Shown here one piece after another: positions 35,607 through 39,694 of a DNA stretch of 39,694 nt. The stretch lies in contig JTLS01000034.1 of NCBI GenBank assembly GCA_000826855.1, positions 1 through 39,694 of the forward strand. The letters are read 5' to 3'. How positions within the stretch are numbered: position 1 is the first letter of the stretch; the number at the start of each line of letters is the position of its first letter. This DNA is from Basidioascus undulatus. Its lineage: Eukaryota. The translations under genes and the position numbers were made by a program. The notes beneath the pieces were generated by a model. That model made no database searches and had not been told where the DNA came from. It saw only the letters and a program-made list of their open reading frames with translations.

Positions 35607-36918
35607 ATGCCCAGCAACAACACCGCCGGTGCTTTTCCCACCCATTTCAAGGCGTACACATACACTCGTCCTGCCTACCCGCCCGCCGAGGGTATCCACG
35701 CCTCCACGCACACTCTCGGTTCCTGCGGTCCTAGCGAACCAGTCGTTGAGGTCCACGCAGCCTCGCTCAACCTTTTGGCTCTGGAGCTGGGTCTGGGGTA
35801 GCAAGACGAGGGAGAAGGCAATCGGATGTAAGTGTCGAGAACCCTCATCCGTCGTTCATGTGCGAAAAACACTGAAGGAGTCCTACGGTTCCAGCTAACT
35901 TGTCCGGGATTGCCTTGCACGTCGTCTCGTCCGTCCAGCCCGTGGGTGGGTGTCGCTTGCGCCGGGCACGCCAGTCTTCGGACTGTGTATGCGCCCCTTC
36001 GAGACGTCCGGCTGCCTTGCAACAGACATCACGCTCGATCCTTTGACATCAGTCGTCCTTCCCAAGCCGTCCATAACCTCCGCCGCCTCCATACTCCTCA
36101 TATTCCTCACGTCTTACATCGTACTCGTCCACTACGGCCACCACAGTCGCGGCGGAGGCGGCACCGTCGCTATACTCGGCGGGTCTGGCGGCACAGACGT
36201 GTACAGCGGGCAGATCGCGAAGAAGTCCATCGAAGAGCCCAAAGTTGTCGGAATGTGCTCGAGCAAGAACGAGGCGTTTGTGAAAGAACCTGGTGCGGAC
36301 GACGTCGTCCACTACGACGAGGAGTCCGTCCTCGATGGGTTGAGAAGGCTAAAGCCGGAACGGGGATACGATGTCATCTACGACTACGTCGGAGGGACGG
36401 AGCTCATTCCGCACCTCTCGGAGCTTCTCAGCTCAAGCGGTGGTGGGTACGTTACCATTGTGGGCGACAAGACCGACCGAAGGTGGGTCTTCCTCCACGT
36501 CTGCTATGCGACCGTTAGGAGAGGCATTGCTGACTTTCGTGTTTTAGCTGGATGGGCGGCGCCGCAACCAATTTTTCGAAACAATAGCAAGTCCTCCGCC
36601 GCTGGCGCGGCCGTCTTGGTCTCGGTCCCCGGTGAACTTCCCCGCACCGTGCCGCAATTCTGCCCTTCTGATTTTGGTGGCCATCCTCAGAGTCTTGCTC
36701 TGTTATTCAAGTTACGCTTTTATCAACTTGAAAGTCCGGCCGGAGTACCCGGCGCGGACCTGTCTCTGCACGGAAAGGGCAAGCTAACCGTCCCGATCGA
36801 GTCCACATTCCCCTTCACGGACGGCGGCATCCGAGCCGCGTTCGAGAGGCTGGACAGCGGGAGGGGTAGAGGCAAGGTAGTTGTGGAAGTTGTAAAGGAT
36901 CTGCTAGAAAGGAATTAA
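35607..36918 (+). pseudogene. Zn-independent MDR / quinone-oxidoreductase-like gene, copy 2 (paralog of 14818-16142)
   Basis: Colinear with copy 1, with the same intron positions (KAYTYTRP.YPP.E, EKAIG, YDYVGGTEL, GGYVTIVGD, GRGRGKVV). Lesions: PVDIQFAN deleted with a frameshift near 35771, a second frameshift near 35948, a degenerate Rossmann motif GGSGGTD, and an in-frame TAG at 36585-36587 where copy 1 has CAG. Confidence 0.85.
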
Positions 36919-37583
36919 GGTACATGCGTCAGGTTAACTTGTCCGAAAGAATTGGCTGGGGGTGCGGGTTTCTGTGAACCTGTCTGCAATGGCGTTTCTC
37001 GGGCGGTGCCGGCCTCATTCTTTCAGGTGTGCAGCTTGTAACTATTGTAGGAATTGAACGTTTAGGAACAAATTCTCCATGAAGAACTGTTTTCAGAAAG
37101 ATGGATACCATGCTGTCGTTGGCATTCCAAACAGTCGGACCTTCGCCAGCTAACGCTGGTATCGGAGAGTTTATTTGGTTCGTCAATGATGTTTCTTCCC
37201 GGAGAGTGTTTCAAAGACGTTGAAATAAATATTACTCCCTTCGTCCAAGAACTTGCAAATCCTTGGCACACTCGAGCGGACACCACTGGGTTTCGACGCT
37301 GACTTAAAACACCGCTCCTGCACACCGCTGGCTCCAACGCAACACCTACCGTAACGGACAGAGCCGCACTTTTCGAACTGGAACGTACAGGTTGGTCGGA
37401 CTTGAAACAGTCAGAACAGGCATAGCGCAACTAACGTCGCGTAGTCGGTCTTGTATCAACTCGCGCCTGTTGTTGTCTCTCCTTCCAGACCGACTGCCAG
37501 CCTCCCTACTTCGGTCGTTACGTTGACCATGGTTCCTCTCTCTTTCACTCTATCCATCACCCCCTTCTCCCCGAGCGCCCAGC

Positions 37584-38752
37584 ATGATGCGGTCTTCGCC
37601 ATCGCTGAAGAAAAGGGTATCACAGTTCATCCCGTTCGGCAAGAAGTCGAAGAACAAAGCCAAAGACGCTTCGAGGTGCGTTCGCTTGCTTCACCCGATC
37701 CAACACGCATGAACGTGAGGCTGAGCGTGCACCCAACGCTTCGCAGAGGGTCCTTGGAGGCCCCCTCGTCGTCCTCCTCCGCCTTTTCGTTCGCCCTCTC
37801 GCCGTCGCCGTCGCCCGCGCCGTCGCCGACGCTGTCCGACGCGTCCACCCTCGTCGCGGCAGCGGCGCCGGACGAGCTGTCGAACCTGATGAAAGGCATG
37901 GACCTCGCCGAAGTCCCCGTCGTCGCGACGGCGCAGGAGGAGGCGCCCGCAATGGGAGCCGAGGTGCTCGGCGGCGAGGCGTCCGGCACCGGCGAGGAGC
38001 CGACCGCAGCACTGGCCAAGGCGAGCGCTGCCGTCGAGCAGGAGGCGCAGACTACTGCCAACGTCGCCGAGGCGCAGTCGATCCAGGCGGCGACCGAGGC
38101 TGCCGCTGACGATGCGTCTCCGGCGGGCGTCCCGGCCAACGATTCGCACGCGGTGCACGACGAGGCGTCGTCCGCCGACACGGAAGACGCCGACACCGCG
38201 CCCGCGCCCCCACCCCCTTACTTCTCCACAGGGGCGTCCACCGCTGCCCAGTCCGTGCCCGCCTCGTCCCCTCCGGTGACCGCAGCCGCGCCCGAGGCAG
38301 CGCCCGAGGGGAACCCCGAATCACAGGCGAGCGTTGTTATCGATAAGCCGGTCGCGGGCGCGGCGCAGGACGAGGTGCCGTCCGCCGACGCCGGGGACTC
38401 CACGATCGCCCTCCACGCCGTGGGTGCTCCCCTCTCTCCCCTTCCGGCACCCGCCCCGAGCCCTGCGGCGACCGAGGCCGGTCCCGAGCCTAAGCCGGCC
38501 TCTCGAGCGAGCGCCTCGAACGGCGAGCCGGCCGCGGGTGCCGTGCAGGTCGAGGAGCGGCTCGCCACCGCCGAATACCCCACGACCGCCCTCTCCGCCG
38601 GGTGCGCCTCCACCTCTGCCCACCCTTCCCCTGCCCCTGCCCCTGCCCCGAACCCTCCGCCGACGAGGGTCGCCCTGAAGCCGAATCGGGTCAAGGAGCA
38701 GGTCGAGCCTGGTCCGTGGAGGCGGGAGGGGGGCCGCCTGGTCCGCGGGTAG
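37584..38752 (+). CDS. Hypothetical Ala/Pro/Glu/Ser-rich, probably disordered protein
   Basis: Long GC3-rich ORF. An intron at 37676-37746 (GTGCGT...GCTGAG...CAG) joins a basic N-terminus MMRSSPSLKKRVSQFIPFGKKSKNKAKDASR to the main frame GSLEAPSSSS...GRLVRG*. Confidence 0.6.
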
Positions 38753-39494
38753 CGCGACGGAGAAGGGAGGGAAGTGGGTGAGGGAGCTGGTGCGTTGGGG
38801 AGGGATTAGGGCGTGTTGAGGGCCGGGCACAGCGACGAGGGTAATAGGAGTGAAAAGGATATACCCTAATGCGCTGCGATGCGATACGGTGGGATGTAAT
38901 TAAGTGCGATGCCTGCAGATCATACAACTGCGCCCAATGCCGACCAGAGCGAGAGCGTGCAAGCCGCGTGTTCTCCGGCGTCGAGAAAGTCCAGGGCTGC
39001 ACCCGAAGATGGTTTGGGAATAGTCAGAGCGAGTGACCAGTCAAACGATGCAATGAGCAGATTGAACGCAGTGCGTGTTCCTGACCGTTGGCCAGAAGAA
39101 TTATTCGAAAGCTGCTTCGAAAGCTCGACAGACCGGCTGGGATGGAGCGACTGTGGAAGCTGGAGTGCGAAGGCGGAATGCAGGGTGAAGAACGAGTGAA
39201 TGCCGTTGGAGAAGAAACCGAGGAACTTGATTATTATCAATGAGGTCAAAGCAGCTAGTTGAGATTCCACAGCGCCATCGAAAGAGCTCGACTACCAGCT
39301 GCACAGCGAATGGGAGACGCTCCGGAGGCCTGTGGCACTGTGTGCACAGTGTGAGTTCGCGTTGAGTGGATTCTGAAAACCAAAAGCAGAACAAGACTCA
39401 TAACCCGCCTCATCCTAGTATCACACCCAAACTTCTACACCCCACACGAACCACCTCATAAAACCAATGCATCCATCCGCGCCCGTCTAAAAGC

Positions 39495-39633
39495 CTAATA
39501 CCGCGGCAGCTCGATCACCCCTCCCCGCGCACACCACTCGCCCAGCTCGCGCGTCACGCGGATCTGGCACCCCAGCCGGCTCCGGTCCGGGTCGTACCCG
39601 ATCGCGTACTGCAGCATGTCATCCTCGGCGTCG
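39495..39633 (-). CDS. Last exon of an adrenodoxin-type [2Fe-2S] ferredoxin (gene continues beyond the window)
   Basis: DAEDDMLQYAIGYDPDRSRLGCQIRVTRELGEWCARGGVIELPRY*. E-x-DML and SRLGCQI are adrenodoxin/Yah1-family signatures. A pyrimidine tract and CAG acceptor lie upstream. Confidence 0.85.
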
Positions 39634-39694
39634 CTGGAGGGTTGAGAGGGGGTTGGACAGGCGGGACGGGTGGGTCGGGGAGCAGAGGGAAGGA

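Noticed and set aside
38920..39394. Overlapping ~100-aa ORFs between the Ala/Pro-rich gene and the ferredoxin
   Set aside because: No codon bias, motif or coherent exon structure.

Overview
Intron-rich (50-80 nt introns with GT/GC donors, CTRAC-like branch sites and YAG acceptors), GC-rich fungal DNA. It is most likely basidiomycete; that is inferred from intron density and gene content. The ORF track fragments every gene, so I rebuilt gene models by hand from splice signals. Apparently intact genes: last exon of an SH3 protein, an MDR/enoyl-reductase-like oxidoreductase, a retinal-binding DTD-type opsin, a PAF-acetylhydrolase-like esterase, neutral trehalase, a small unknown protein, a Tul1/Dsc1-type membrane RING E3 ligase, a small thaumatin-like secreted protein, a multi-TM hybrid histidine kinase, an Ala/Pro-rich protein and the last exon of an adrenodoxin-type ferredoxin. 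Decayed genes: a PriA/CPL1-like Cys-rich pseudogene, a 3'-truncated Zn-ADH spliced in frame onto a 5'-truncated sugar-porter pseudogene, and two inverted, frameshifted paralogs of a quinone-reductase-like MDR gene about 20 kb apart. The most unusual stretch is about 9.0-10.3 kb. It is a minus-strand unit with five canonical introns but no recognisable protein, with structured GC-rich ends, and one of its introns is bracketed by a perfect 17-bp direct repeat. It may be a spliced ncRNA and/or a non-autonomous mobile element. I found no rRNA, tRNA or CRISPR array, and I cannot establish a new multi-gene system from sequence alone.
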